In this document: positions 9,510 to 22,355 of the stretch, piece after piece
How positions within the stretch are numbered: the stretch's first letter is position 1
Layout of the letters: each line of letters begins with the position of its first letter
Assembly: GCA_963752995.1 (NCBI GenBank)
Contig: CAVWAZ010000017.1
Coordinates: 148,684 to 212,683, forward strand
DNA: 64,000 nucleotides
Source: an uncultured delta proteobacterium
GTDB lineage: Bacteria > Desulfobacterota_D > UBA1144 > Nemesobacterales > UBA2774
Direction: 5' to 3'
Translations under genes and position numbers: made by a program
Notes under the pieces: model-generated
Told to the model about the DNA's origin: nothing
Databases searched by the model: none
The model's input: only the letters and a program-made list of their open reading frames with translations

Positions 9510-10942
9510 TTGGCTTTATTATTAATTATCATCATACCGCTTGTCGCCTCCCTCGCATCTTTTTTTGTGAAGAAAGATATGCGGATATTGAGCTTTATCG
9601 CTGTCTCCGCCTCTTTCCTGGAGTTGACAGCGACACTGGTAACGGTCGCCTCGGTCATGGATAGCGGCATATATCGTTTAAACGGCTATTTTTCCGTCGA
9701 CGCTCTCGGGGCCGTCATAATCATGCTGGTCGCAGTCGTAGGCGCTATGGCGTCCTGGTACTCGACCGGCTATCTGAAACTTGAGGTGGCGAAAAGAATC
9801 ATAGGGTTCAGCAGGGTACGGCAATATTTTATTCTGCTGCACTTATTTCTCCTGGCGATGTTCTTCGCCGTTATGTCCACGAGCCCCATTTTGACCTGGA
9901 TTGCGATTGAAGCGACGACTGCTCTCTACAGCGTTCCTGATCAGCTTCTACAACAAACGATCGGCGATAGAAGCTGGCCTGGGAATATTCGATGATCAAT
10001 CTCGGTCGGACTCATTGCTGGGATTTTTCGGCACTTTTCTTCTCGAATACCCATCGATACATGCCGGCTTTCCGGGATCGATCAGCTGGCAGGACATGCT
10101 GTCCCATGTCTTCCGCGCTCGATCCCTTTATAGCGAAGATGGCATTCATTTTTATTTTAATCGGATACGGCACAAAAGTCGGTTTGGTTCCCATGCATAC
10201 CTGGCTGCCGGATGCGCACAGTAAAGCTCCGGCCCCGATCAGCAGCTTGCTTTCAGGCGTATTGCTTGATGTAGCTTTTCTCGCACTTTTGCGGTTCAAA
10301 TCCGTCGTTGATGTCGCGATTGGTCCGCATTTTTCCAGGGAGCTGCTCGTATTTTTCGGCGTTATCTCGATCTCCGTTGCCGCTTTGATTATTTTTAGTC
10401 AAAAAAACTACAAACGGCTGCTGGCGTATTCCAGCATCGAGCACATGGGTGTTATAGCTTTAGGGTTCGGGTTCGGAGGCGCGGCGGCATTCGCGGCCCT
10501 GCTCCATATGATCTACCACGCTCTGACAAAATCGGTCCTGTTTTTATCGGCGGGGAATATATTAGTGAAATACGGCTCCACAAAAATAAGAAACGTGAAG
10601 GGAGTCCTGACGGTCCTGCCTGTGACCGGCGTCCTGTTTTTCATTGGATTTTTGGCAATCACCGGCGTTCCTCCGTTCGGGACATTTGTAACCGAATTTT
10701 CGATTTTGTCGGCGGGTATTAAGACGCATCCGACAACGGTGATTATTACATTATTGGTGCTGGCCCTGGTATTCGTCGGTTTTTTGAGGCATGTCGTCTC
10801 GATCACGTTTGGAAACAGCCATACTCCCATGGCAAGGGTGAGAGCGGATTGGATACAATTCATCCCATCATGCCGCTGGCCGCTCTTTAATAATCACGAG
10901 CTTTTTCATTCCGTCGGGCTCATCATACTACTGATACCATGA
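9510..10942 (+). pseudogene. NuoN/NuoM/HyfF-like antiporter subunit, at least 3-4 frameshifts
   Basis: Pieces lie in three frames: ...WIAIEATT | LSTAFLISFYNKRSAIEAG | SVGLIAGIF | ...IFILIGYGTKVGLVPMHTWLPDAHSKAPAPISSLLSGVLL...LLAYSSIEHMG. Confidence 0.8.
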
Positions 10943-12467
10943 AAAAAAGAAATTTTAGATAAATATATTCCCGGTAATTTTAAGATAAGGAAGAGGGCAA
11001 CGTCGCTGTCTATGATGTTCCCGTAGATGAAATGCCGGAGATTGCTAGACCAGTTTATTTTACTGTTCACCGCTTCCACCACCGACCACAGAAGTGGATT
11101 GGGGCGTCGATATCTATTATGTGTTCGGCGCGCCGGGAGAGAATATTTTCCTCGCGCCCCGCATACCCTTCGCCCCTACTGCAAAATTTTCACCACCAAA
11201 GCCATCAAATCTTCTCACGAAAAACAAAATTGCAGATTTTCGTTTAAAGCCAGGACCCCCATCCGCTACCGGTCATTCTTCACGAAAATTGGCCGGATAC
11301 GGGATTCCGCTGAGAAAATATTTTGACTGGCGGGACCGGCCGCCGGAGGCGCACGAGCTATGAATTCCGGAGGTCTCTAGGCAGGGAATTTACGAATTCC
11401 TAGTGGGGCCGTTTACGCCCGCATAATCGAACCGGGGCACTTCCGGTTCAGCGTCATCGGAGAAGAACAGCATCGCTTGAGCTTAAAGCTGGGATATAAA
11501 CACAAAGGAAACGGAAAAACTCTTCGAGGTTCTGCCCATGGCGGGAACAGTGTCGAAGATCTCAAAAGGGTTTCTGCAGACGCCGGTCACTCACTCCGAG
11601 GGCATTTTGTCAGGCCGTGGAGAACCTGTCCGTAATTACAGTTCCGGAAAGCCAGTGAAGTATTTGATAGTTGTCGATCCCAGCTGAAGGCTGCCAACCA
11701 CCTGAATGATATCGGTCTGATTATGCTGGACGTGGGTTATAATTTTCGGCGGCAGCAACGCAGCACGCGCCTCCGCGATTGTTGACGCAACGCCGCGAAC
11801 GCCTCGCCCGGAAACCGCTTTCGCCAGGCATTAATACGGTCGGCGGAGTAACGCGGGACATCACGAGCGAGATGAGTGAAGAGTTATTAAACGGCCTTAA
11901 AAAAGTGCATGGGGATTTTAACGACGTGATTGAATTGCGGAAAGCAGCTTTTCCTCTCGAACCGCCTTTCCGGCACGGGCAAGCTCGATCGTGAGATAGC
12001 TCTCGACCATGGAGTCATCGGAGTAACTGGCAGGGCGATAGGGATCGCACACGACGCGCGTTAGAATATCCGTATGCGGCATACGACAGATTAAAATTCG
12101 AGATCGCCCTGGAAGAAGAAGGGGATGTGCGGGCAAGATGGTCGGTCGCGTCAAAGAAGTGCATTCTTCCATGAATATTATAGAGCAGGCGCTCCGGAGT
12201 ATTCCTTTGAATGATGAATTAATAGCCGGTGATGAAACGGTATTGAGGAGTAACAGCTGCGGCGTAGGGGCGGCGGAAGGATGGCGGGGTGATATCGTTT
12301 ATTTTGTTGCCACGGACGCGGCAGGAGAGGTAAGCAGGGTAGATGTGCGCGATCCTTCGTTTATAAATTGGACAGTATTGGGTTACGCAGGGAAGGGGAA
12401 TGTGGTGCCCGATTTCCCCCTCATTAATAAAAGTTTTAATTTGTCTTATTCCGGAAATGACCTGTAA
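10939..12467 (+). pseudogene. NuoC-NuoD/HycE/HyfG-like large subunit, many frameshifts, no [NiFe] cysteines
   Basis: ATGA overlap with the upstream gene, with an immediate frameshift in an A7 run. Own translation gives pieces GAVYARIIEPGHFRFSVIGEE..LKLGYKHKG, AFCQAVENL, LKAANHLNDIGLIMLDVGYNF, GINTVGGVTRDI. The last 109 aa are intact and end ...DPSFINWTVLG...VPDFPLINKSFNLSYSGNDL. Confidence 0.8.
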
Positions 12468-12627
12468 AACGGCCAGCGCCGATAAAATAGCCGCCGGTGC
12501 CGATCGGCCGTGGCCGCCCGCGAGACGGAAAAAGGGAAAGAAGGAGAAAGCGTTTAACGGACTCCGCCCCTGCCCGGGGGACAGGATTATTACCGCATAT
12601 CCGGTCTGAAAAAAGCGTATCAGTGAT

Positions 12628-13038
12628 CTATTTTTTTATAGTGCCTTTATAGGTATATATAATCGGGTCCTGACCTTCCTTCGACCAAAACATAGTGCCC
12701 GAGATTTCGTCACCCTTAACCGAGCCTTCCCATTCAGTCTTTCCTTCTTTACCGCTCGTGAGTGCGGATTTGAACAATACCTCGCCTGCTTTTGACTTCG
12801 ATTCATACGGAGCCGGAGTAAAGCCATACTGTTCGCATTCGGTGGAGAAGAAGGTCCCGTCCTTAAAAATCAGCTCATCCCTGGTCGTTTCATTTTTATT
12901 CGCCTCGGTGAGCTCGACTGAAAAAGATCTGCCGTCAAGCGTTTCGCCGGCTAACGCGGCGTTCAGATTAGAGCTGATTAATGATGCGCATACAGAAAAA
13001 ATAAAAAGATAGAACGATGAAATTAGAATATATCTCAT
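12628..13038 (-). CDS. Small exported protein of unknown function
   Basis: 136 aa with an N-terminal signal peptide (MRYILISSFYLFIFSVCASLISSNLNA). No recognisable domain. Confidence 0.5.
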   Translation of the reverse strand: MRYILISSFYLFIFSVCASLISSNLNAALAGETLDGRSFSVELTEANKNETTRDELIFKDGTFFSTECEQYGFTPAPYESKSKAGEVLFKSALTSGKEGKTEWEGSVKGDEISGTMFWSKEGQDPIIYTYKGTIKK

Positions 13039-13201
13039 ATTCCCCCCTGTTTACTGAAATTGTACCTGCAATTAACTCTACTGGAGTACGTAAAGCGATG
13101 TCAATACCGCTGAATGGCCGGATCTATCATCAAAACGGGGTGGGATGCATCACGCGACCCGGCTTGACTCAACTAATAAGGGACGGCACAAGGGGCTAAA
13201 C

Positions 13202-14449
13202 TCATAACTTGCCTGAATTCATATTTTTTCCTTTATAAGTAATAAGCAGGAGCCCGCCCAGGACAGCGACTATTCCGTAGGTCAGCAGCGGAAGAGGGAT
13301 CAGCATCGCCGCCAGGAATCCTCCCAGGAGCGCGCTCAGGGATTCCGCCCCCACCTGTATAGCGAGGTTATTCCCGAGCACTCTCCCCTGTCTCTCCCCG
13401 CCCACGAGACCCGAGAGGAAGGCGCTGCACGCGGACATCGTCATGACGAGGAATATAGTCGCCGGACCCGCCGTGAACCAGTAGAACACGTGGGATTTCG
13501 GTATGACCACCGCCGCCACGAAAGACCCGCCGACTATTGCCGTCCATATAATGAACGTCTTGAGGCTGAACCACCTGCTTAACGGAGCGTAGAGAAATAT
13601 ATTCGCGATGAATGAGACTATCGCCAGGTAGGAATAGTAAAACGTCACCTTGCCGACGTCGAAGCCCCACTCGTCCACCATGTATATCTGTATCACGCGC
13701 CAGAACCCGAACGCAGAGAGGTAGAGAAGGAAGTTGACGAGATAGACCCTTCTTATCGGAGCGTCCGTGAAAACGGTCAGGAGATTCGTGAACGTCTTGA
13801 AATAATCGATGGGCGCGTCCGTTTTAGGTACGAACGGGTCTTTAAAGCTGACGACTATCCATACGTACGTTACGACGAGCAGGCCCATGACTATCCAGAA
13901 CGGTGAGGCGTAGCCGTAATGGACGGCGAAGAGCCCTCCCAGGAGGGGGCCCGTTATATAGCCCAGGCTCTCGGCGGCGTATATGTACGCGAAGAGACGC
14001 CCCCTGTCCTCGGGCAGGGATATGTCGGCGACCGAGCACTGCGCTATGGCTACGTTCGACTCCGAGAGTCCGCACAAGAAACAGGAAACCATCAGCAGCC
14101 AGAGGGAATGAAACTCGAGAGAGACCGAGATGAACAAATAAAATATCGCCGTGAAAAAGAGGGAGACCGTAATTACCCTCTTCCTGCCGAACCTGTCGGA
14201 AAGGGCGCCGATCACGGGCGACCCTATGAACTGCCCGAGCGGATAGAGGGCGAGGAGCACGCCGATGACCGTGGTTTTAGCGGCCCTCGTGACCTCGCCG
14301 CCGAAGAACGCGTGGTCGTACATCAGCATCGGCACGAACAGCGTGACCATCATCGAGTATCCGATGAACCCGATGAATATGACGAGGTAAAGGGGCATCA
14401 ACGGATGTATGTCGGTCTTCTCTATAACTGCTCGTGTCGGCATCATCAC
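13202..14449 (-). CDS. MFS transporter (drug:H+ antiporter / TetA-like)
   Basis: 415 aa, about 12 TM segments. Signature GALSDRFGRKRVI between TM2 and TM3. Confidence 0.85.
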   Translation of the reverse strand: MMMPTRAVIEKTDIHPLMPLYLVIFIGFIGYSMMVTLFVPMLMYDHAFFGGEVTRAAKTTVIGVLLALYPLGQFIGSPVIGALSDRFGRKRVITVSLFFTAIFYLFISVSLEFHSLWLLMVSCFLCGLSESNVAIAQCSVADISLPEDRGRLFAYIYAAESLGYITGPLLGGLFAVHYGYASPFWIVMGLLVVTYVWIVVSFKDPFVPKTDAPIDYFKTFTNLLTVFTDAPIRRVYLVNFLLYLSAFGFWRVIQIYMVDEWGFDVGKVTFYYSYLAIVSFIANIFLYAPLSRWFSLKTFIIWTAIVGGSFVAAVVIPKSHVFYWFTAGPATIFLVMTMSACSAFLSGLVGGERQGRVLGNNLAIQVGAESLSALLGGFLAAMLIPLPLLTYGIVAVLGGLLLITYKGKNMNSGKL

Positions 14450-14548
14450 TAATCCCCTGCGGTTACAATTGAGCGTCGAGTTTCAGCACATTATAACAAA
14501 CACGTTCTAAATACTACAGAACCATTTCTGCTTATCTTTCTCCCTTTT

Positions 14549-14572
14549 ACAGGAGCGGCATCTTGCCGCGAC
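14549..14572. repeat. REP-like palindrome (same core as 2660)
   Basis: ACAGGAGCGGCATCTTGCCGCGAC. Confidence 0.65.
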
Positions 14573-14709
14573 CGTTTTAATCCCCTCCTTTCCAGAGTCT
14601 TACCCTTAAGAACCGATAAGTTCACCGGAATGAAAGAAGGCATTTCAGTATTGTCAGCACCTTGATGCGTTTATACTGAAGCGAAGGAGATGGGGATTCT
14701 AAAACAAAG

Positions 14710-14769
14710 ACCATGAGCTGAATAAATGGGCTGATTATTCAAACGGGAGCGACCTTCATTCAGCTCATG
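14710..14769. repeat. 13-bp inverted repeat with 34-nt spacer
   Basis: CCATGAGCTGAAT ... ATTCAGCTCATGG. Intergenic, between the beta-helix gene end and the MFS gene start. Confidence 0.6.
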
Positions 14770-14855
14770 GGTACCGAACGCCGATTCATGCAGGAGAGAA
14801 ATATTACAGGAATCATGCTTTCAACTTAAACGCAGCCTGACTACAGGGGATCGGT

Positions 14856-14890
14856 GCCTGACGTTCCGCATATGTACCGGAACGTCAGGC
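14856..14890. repeat. Perfect 13-bp hairpin (possible terminator of the minus-strand gene ending at 14930; no U tract)
   Basis: GCCTGACGTTCCG-CATATGTAC-CGGAACGTCAGGC. Confidence 0.5.
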
Positions 14891-14929
14891 AGCCAATCCA
14901 AAGATTATATTGACTCCGATAAACGATAA

Positions 14930-16055
14930 CTAATATTGACAAGACTGTTTATAACCAGACCTAAGGTCAAAAGTATTACCCGACTGAGCCGGTTTTTCAT
15001 CCCAGGCCACTATCCCGCACTTCATGCTAATAGACAAATCATTAGTAGAGCCAGGCGGCGTATACGGGTTTCGTATTGTGATAGTATTGTCCCTTATTAC
15101 AGTACCTGTAGTGCCATGCCAAAGAGCAGGTCCTACATTCACATCTACTATCTTATTGAGTTCGACCAAGGTATTGGATATAGGTTCGTCGCCGGCTTTG
15201 GCACATACATCACCGTTAAAACTCACTGCACTACCCCCTGAATCCGACAGGTAATTTTCTCTAACGGTAACATTTGACATGCCGCAGTAACCGGGGATGT
15301 TGCTCAAATAAACGGAATGACAGTGGCGCGGACTGATCTTTGAGCCGTCAACAGGATTAGGCCATCCATAGCAGTACTGTCCGTCACGCTCTGTCTTATT
15401 ATGCTCGACTAAAATATTACTCGAGCTTGCTATGAATATACTCGTATAATTCGTATCGTGAATCCAGTTGTTAGTTACAATAACGTTATCAGCATGGATA
15501 TCTATACCGGAATACCCGCCTGCAACTTCAAACCCCGAGAACTCATTATTTCCCTGATTTAGTCCCCATCTTATGCCACAAAGATTGACAAGTACCCGGA
15601 ATGATATATGGGTGAGTTGGATTAATGGTGTCAGTCTCCCAATCGTACGCCTCCATTCCCGGATAGGCTTTAACATTGACTCCAAATTTCATTTTAAGCT
15701 GGGAGTTTAAAACCCATGTCCCGGATTTGACCCAAACGGTTTGACCGCTTGAAGAGGCATTAATAGCTGATTGTATGGATTGACCGGCTGCTACAATTTT
15801 ATCCCCGGCTTTTATAGCACCCGGTGCAGGCGTCGGTACAGGTGTCGGTACGGGAGCAGGCGACGGTGTTGGTGACGGTGTTGGCGATGGAGTCGGTGCG
15901 GGTGTCGGACTAGGATTTGAACCACTTGGGGGCCTACGCGGATTTGAACGATGATAAGATAAAGCTTCTTCAGTAGAAAGAGGAATAACAACGAGCAGAG
16001 TGATAAGCAGAACGCATATAATATCCGGGACGGTTCTTCGATTCATTAGGTGCAC
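14930..16055 (-). pseudogene. Secreted right-handed parallel beta-helix (pectate-lyase-fold) protein with Pro/Thr/Ser linker, 1 frameshift (~15590)
   Basis: ORF 15546-16055: signal peptide plus PSPTPAPTPSPTPSPTPSPAPVPTPVPTPAP linker. ORF 14930-15685: ...GIDIHADNVIVTNNWIHDTNYTSIFIASSSNILVEHN... beta-helix repeats. The two ORFs overlap in different frames. Confidence 0.65.
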
Positions 16056-16515
16056 CTCTTCTGTTCAGGGATTTTGCGGTTATCAATGGCAAGCACCGTG
16101 CCAACGACAACGAATCCGCAATATCGCCAATGATGATGCCGGTTACTCTCATATCGGATTGGAATGTAAAAAAGAAAATCTCGAGATTAGTTTAATTTTA
16201 GACAGTATGATGTGTTTGAAACCGTACACTGCCGGTTATTTTCAGAAACTCTGTAAATGTCAATTTCACTTTTTTAATACTTTTAATTTCCGGAAGGAAA
16301 GGAGGTAGAATTATCATTTGCTTCTCTTTGAGAAAGCCGGATATATGGTATATGATCGAAGGAAACAAACCGCCAAATTAAAGTAAATAACCGTCGCATA
16401 AATTAAGAGAGACGCCGGTCTCGCTTTTTTGTTTAGTCACTAACGGCGGAACATCGTCATATGTTAATATTTCGTGAGTTTTAATTTTTATGTGAAGAAT
16501 GCGACAGCGAGGGAG

Positions 16516-17238
16516 ATGAACGTGCGAGATGACGGAAGAAACTGGGACCAGCTGAGGCCGGTTAAGATAACGAGGGGAATCATGAAATACGCTGAGGGGT
16601 CGGCGCTGATAGAAACGGGGGAGACGAAAGTGCTGTGCACGGCGACCTTCGAGGAGAAGGTCCCGCCCTTCCTCAAGGATACGGGCAAGGGATGGGTTAC
16701 AGCGGAGTATTCCATGCTCCCGCGCTCGACTAAGGAAAGGATAACGAGGGACAGCGTAAGGGGGAGGATAGGGGGCAGGTCCCACGAGATACAGAGGATA
16801 ATAGGCAGGGCGCTCAGGTCCGTTATAGACCTCGACAAGCTGGGCGAGAGATCTATAACGATAGACTGCGACGTGCTCCAGGCCGACGGCGGGACGAGGA
16901 CCGCGGCCATCACCGGGGCTTTCGTCGCCCTTTCGGACGCGGTGCTCAACCTCATCAGGGATGGTGTAATAGATGATAATCCAATCGTCGAATTCATCGC
17001 CGCCGTAAGCGTCGGAATCGTCGGGGGCAGGCTCGCGCTCGACCTCGACTACGAGGAAGACTCGAAGGCCGAGGTCGATATGAACGTCGCTATGACGGGC
17101 TCGGGGCTTCTCGTCGAGGTGCAGGGGACCGCCGAAGGGAAGCCGTTCTCGAAGAACGAGCTCAATTCCCTCATAATGATGGCGGAGAAGGGCATAACCG
17201 AGCTTATCGGCAGGCAGAAAGAAATACTCTCCGAATGA
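16516..17238 (+). CDS. rph: Ribonuclease PH
   Basis: ...[37 protein letters not shown]...[15 protein letters not shown]......[19 protein letters not shown]... The ORF track starts at 16474. ATG 16516 or GTG 16522 fit the family N-terminus better. Confidence 0.93.
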   Translation: MNVRDDGRNWDQLRPVKITRGIMKYAEGSALIETGETKVLCTATFEEKVPPFLKDTGKGWVTAEYSMLPRSTKERITRDSVRGRIGGRSHEIQRIIGRALRSVIDLDKLGERSITIDCDVLQADGGTRTAAITGAFVALSDAVLNLIRDGVIDDNPIVEFIAAVSVGIVGGRLALDLDYEEDSKAEVDMNVAMTGSGLLVEVQGTAEGKPFSKNELNSLIMMAEKGITELIGRQKEILSE

Positions 17239-17257
17239 AATTCAGAAAAGTTTAACC

Positions 17258-17845
17258 ATGATAGAAAAGATAGTGCTCGCTACGGGCAATAAGGGGAAGC
17301 TGAGGGAGTTTAAGGGGCTCTTCAAGGGCGTATTCGGGAACATCGTATCCCTGAACGACCTCGAATCGCCGCCCGGGGTCATAGAGGACGGCGAAACGTT
17401 CCGGGAGAACGCCCTCAAAAAGGCGAGGGCCATAGCCTCTTATTCAGGCCTGCCCGCACTCGCAGACGATTCCGGGCTGGAGGTCGAGGCGCTTGACGGC
17501 GGGCCGGGAGTCTATTCGGCGAGGTACGCGGGGGAGGGCGCGACCGACAGGGACAATATCAATAAACTGCTCGCTGAGCTTCGGGGCACAGGGAACAGGA
17601 AAGCGAGGTTCGTATGCTTTCTCGCGCTCGTTACGCCGGAGGGGAGGGAGATAACCGCGGAGGGGAGCTGCGAAGGGGTCATACTGACAGAGCCCCGGGG
17701 GGAAGGCGGATTCGGTTACGACCCTGTATTCTTCCTGCCCGAATATGATAAGACCATGGCTGAGATAGCGCCCGGATTGAAAAACAAGATAAGTCACAGG
17801 GCCCGCGCCTGCGAGTCTCTCGCAAAACTTTTAAGGGGAATGTGA
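17258..17845 (+). CDS. rdgB: dITP/XTP pyrophosphatase (RdgB/HAM1 family)
   Basis: 195 aa, IVLATGNKGKLREF...EDGETF.ENALKKA...ALADDSGLEV.AL.G.PGVYSARY...GFGYDPVF...MAE....KN.ISHRA. Follows rph, as is common. Confidence 0.92.
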   Translation: MIEKIVLATGNKGKLREFKGLFKGVFGNIVSLNDLESPPGVIEDGETFRENALKKARAIASYSGLPALADDSGLEVEALDGGPGVYSARYAGEGATDRDNINKLLAELRGTGNRKARFVCFLALVTPEGREITAEGSCEGVILTEPRGEGGFGYDPVFFLPEYDKTMAEIAPGLKNKISHRARACESLAKLLRGM

Positions 17846-18014
17846 TATTGCCCGGGTCCCGACAGGGCGGATTCTTCTTCCTGTGAGCCGTTTAGGACAG
17901 GAAAAATTTTCTGACCCCCGGTCTTGCAAGATTTCCCGCTTTTGAATATATTAATAAAGACCTAGACGGTCCCGCCTTAAATTATTCAATACAGCTCTCT
18001 GAGGTCAGTATTAA

Positions 18015-19628
<1,614 letters not shown>

Positions 19629-19952
19629 TACTACCGGGTAGAATTCATCGCTTTTTCATAATATATTCATAGTGAGCTGTATAATTACGGGGTTTCATAG
19701 CTCGGCATACAAGCCCCTATACCCGATCAAAGAGGGACAGGTATCAACACACAGCCGGAAGCCGGATCCTCATTCTTTCCAGAAAGCGGCCTTTTCAGGT
19801 GGCTCCTGCTGTTCATCATATTCGCGGCCGCCCTCTCGGTCCGCGCATATAATATCGACGGCCCGCCGCTCGATTTCCACCCGACCCGTCAGTACAGGTC
19901 TTACCTGCTTGCGAGGGCGTTCTACGACGCGTCCTCGAGCTCGGTAGGGGAC

Positions 19953-21278
19953 ATGGATAAAGCCATAGCGCTCGCGGCCAAACCCGCCCTTCTCGAGCCG
20001 CCGATCACGGAACTGGTCGCATCCTTTCTCTACCGAATATTCGGCGGTGAGAGTTTTATAATACCGCGCTCCATGAGCATATTGTTCTGGCTCGCCGCGG
20101 GCGCGCTCATATACCTGCTCGCGAGGGACCTCGTTTCGCCGGACGGCGCTATTGTGTCCGCGGCGTTCTTCCTTTTCCTCCCATACGGAGTCAGGGCGAG
20201 CCGGAGCTTTCAGCCCGACCCGCTGATGATAATGATGTTCACGGCCTCGATATACGCCGTCTACAACTATTACGTCCGCCCTTCGAGAAACTGGCTTGTG
20301 GCAGCGTGCGTCCTTTCGGCGATAGCCGTACTGGTAAAACCGGTATGCCTTTTCCCGATACTAGGCGCATTCTTTATGACGAGGGTTCCGGAAAGGGACC
20401 TGCGAAAAATTTTCTTCAGACCCGATCTCTATATATTCGCGGCGGCATGCGTCATCCCAACCCTCTTATACTACGGATATGGCATATACTCCTCCGGAAT
20501 GTTAAAGCATCAGGCGGGTTTCACTTTCATGCCGGAGATTCTGAAGGAACCGTTCTTCTGGAAGGGCTGGTTCAAGATGGCTACCAGGGTGGTAGGAATA
20601 TGGCCTATTGCGATTTCCCTGATAGGCATATGCCTCCTGAGCTCGGACAAGAAGAGATTCTTTCTCGTCGGCCTGTGGGCGGGATACTTCGTTCACGGTC
20701 TGTACTTTACGTTCCACATTCATACGCACGATTATTATCAGATGATCCTTATACCCATAGTGGCCCTCTCGCTCGGCCAGGCGGCTTCTGTCTTATTGAG
20801 CGGCCTGTCACGAGAGAAAGTGTTGTGGCGGCTGGCGGTCTGGCTCCTTTTCATATTTTCTATCCTCTTTGCCCTCGGAGAGTCGGGGCTATCTCTAAAA
20901 GACGCGGGATACGACAGACAGGCCGGGATATACGAAGAGATAGGAGACAAGGTGGACCACAGCACAAATGTCCTGACGCTCGATAAAAATTACGGGAACG
21001 GCCTCATGTACCACGGCAAGGTAGCGGCGCTCGAAGAAGCCCAGTGGCCGGTGACGTATGATCTGAACTTCGGCGATAGCGCCGGACAAAACTACAAGAG
21101 AGGAAAGGAGCTGCTGGACGAGATAATATCCGAGAGGTCCCCGGATTACTTCATTATAACCAGTATGGAAGATTTCGACCAGCAGACTGATCTTAAGGAC
21201 GCCCTGAACTCGGGCTACGCCGTCGTAGCGCAAACCCCCGATTATGCTATTTACGACCTCAGAAAGTCAAATAAATGA
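19953..21278 (+). CDS. Polytopic ArnT/GT39-like membrane glycosyltransferase (N-terminus probably incomplete as called)
   Basis: 441 aa with multiple TM segments. The same frame is open upstream to 19701 (...FRWLLLFIIFAAALSVRAYNIDGPPLDFHPTRQYRSYLLARAFY...), which looks like the real first TM and loop, but it holds no canonical start codon. Confidence 0.55.
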   Translation: MDKAIALAAKPALLEPPITELVASFLYRIFGGESFIIPRSMSILFWLAAGALIYLLARDLVSPDGAIVSAAFFLFLPYGVRASRSFQPDPLMIMMFTASIYAVYNYYVRPSRNWLVAACVLSAIAVLVKPVCLFPILGAFFMTRVPERDLRKIFFRPDLYIFAAACVIPTLLYYGYGIYSSGMLKHQAGFTFMPEILKEPFFWKGWFKMATRVVGIWPIAISLIGICLLSSDKKRFFLVGLWAGYFVHGLYFTFHIHTHDYYQMILIPIVALSLGQAASVLLSGLSREKVLWRLAVWLLFIFSILFALGESGLSLKDAGYDRQAGIYEEIGDKVDHSTNVLTLDKNYGNGLMYHGKVAALEEAQWPVTYDLNFGDSAGQNYKRGKELLDEIISERSPDYFIITSMEDFDQQTDLKDALNSGYAVVAQTPDYAIYDLRKSNK

Positions 21279-21443
21279 AATATACGGCCGCGATGAGGCA
21301 TTAAAGAGCGGGACGTTCCGGTTCCCTCCCCGCATGACGCCGATATAAGCATTTAGAACCCCACATATCATGTTTACGCGGCAATATCGATAGATATTTA
21401 TAGATATTGATCTATATTGACAGAGATATTATCATGATATGTA

Positions 21444-21890
21444 ATGATTACTCATGCAGCCCGCCGCTCCGGATTTAAGAGATCGACACTAATCTTTGTT
21501 ACTATCTTTATACCCCTTGTCATTATAGAAGCGGGTTATCAAATAGTTCATATCTACAAAAGCTACAAGAACTCTATCAGAAAAAGCGACATAGATTTCG
21601 ATAGATACGACCCGTATTTCGGCTGGGTCGGAATACCCGGAAACAAAGGTCTGATCCATGGAGACATCAACGAGTTTTATTTTGAGAATAACAGTTCGGG
21701 GTTCAGAGATATCGAGCATGATAAATCGAACAACAAACCTGCGATAGTATTCCTGGGAGGCTCCTTCCCGTGGGGTTATGGAATTCCGACTGAAAAAATG
21801 TTCGTCAACCTGCTGAGAGACAGGCTGAAGGAATACGATATTTTTAATCTTGCAGGTATTTGCTACGTTCCGGCATTGCCATATTGGTGA
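21444..21890 (+). pseudogene. SGNH/GDSL-hydrolase-like gene, N-terminal fragment
   Basis: TM anchor, then ...NSSGFRDIEHDKSNNKPAIVFLGGSFPWGYGIPTEKMFVNLLRDRL (block I region, GGS instead of GDS). Terminated at TGA 21888-21890. Confidence 0.5.
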
Positions 21891-22196
21891 AGCCACTGTG
21901 CGTTCCCCATATTCGCGGATATATCGCAACAGGACCTGCGGGAAATCACGAAAAGGGAGGATAAAAGACAGGTAATCATCATGGCAGCAAGCGTATTACC
22001 CGCTATCTTATATTACGGTTATGCGATATTTATTGCCGCATTTATGAAGGAACAGGCGGACAGCAGCTTTGTTCCATCTCTTCTGATAGACCCTTCCTAT
22101 CGGAAGTGGTACCATATGTCGAGCGTGAAGGGAAATGCAGTACGAGTTCTCCAATGCGGGGCGTTTAAACGTTCACCGGAAATTCGAAATCGTTGA
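21891..22196 (+). pseudogene. Internal fragment of a paralogue of the 19953-21278 glycosyltransferase
   Basis: FPIFADISQQDLREITKREDKRQVIIMAASVLPAILYYGYAIFIAAFMKEQADSSFVPSLLIDPSYRKWYHM aligns by eye with LFPILGAFFMTRVPERDLRKIFFRPDLYIFAAACVIPTLLYYGYGIYSSGMLKHQAGFTFMPEILKEPFFWKGWFKM. Confidence 0.6.
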
Positions 22197-22355
22197 TGCG
22201 GGATGAGCGGTTGTTCTTACGGGAATTCCGGTCCCAATTCAAAGCCGACGATTGGGAACAACAGAAACCGAAACTGATCCAGCCCGAAAGTAAGATTTCC
22301 TTGAAAACCCGAATAAGAAGAGTACTATTAAAATCCCGTTTTCTTAAGGCTTTAT

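Noticed and set aside
5325-12467. Annotating the operon as a functional formate hydrogenlyase / hydrogenase-4 (hyf/hyc).
   Set aside because: The Fe-S ligands in the small subunit and both [NiFe] CxxC motifs in the large subunit are absent. No HycF-like ferredoxin, maturation protease or hyp genes are present, and most subunits are frame-disrupted.
15830-15950. A GGTGTCGGT / GGTGTTGG-type short tandem repeat that looks like a microsatellite.
   Set aside because: It is the reverse complement of an in-frame Pro/Thr/Ser-rich linker (PSPTPAPTPSPTPSPTPSPAPVPTPVPTPAP) in the secreted beta-helix protein.
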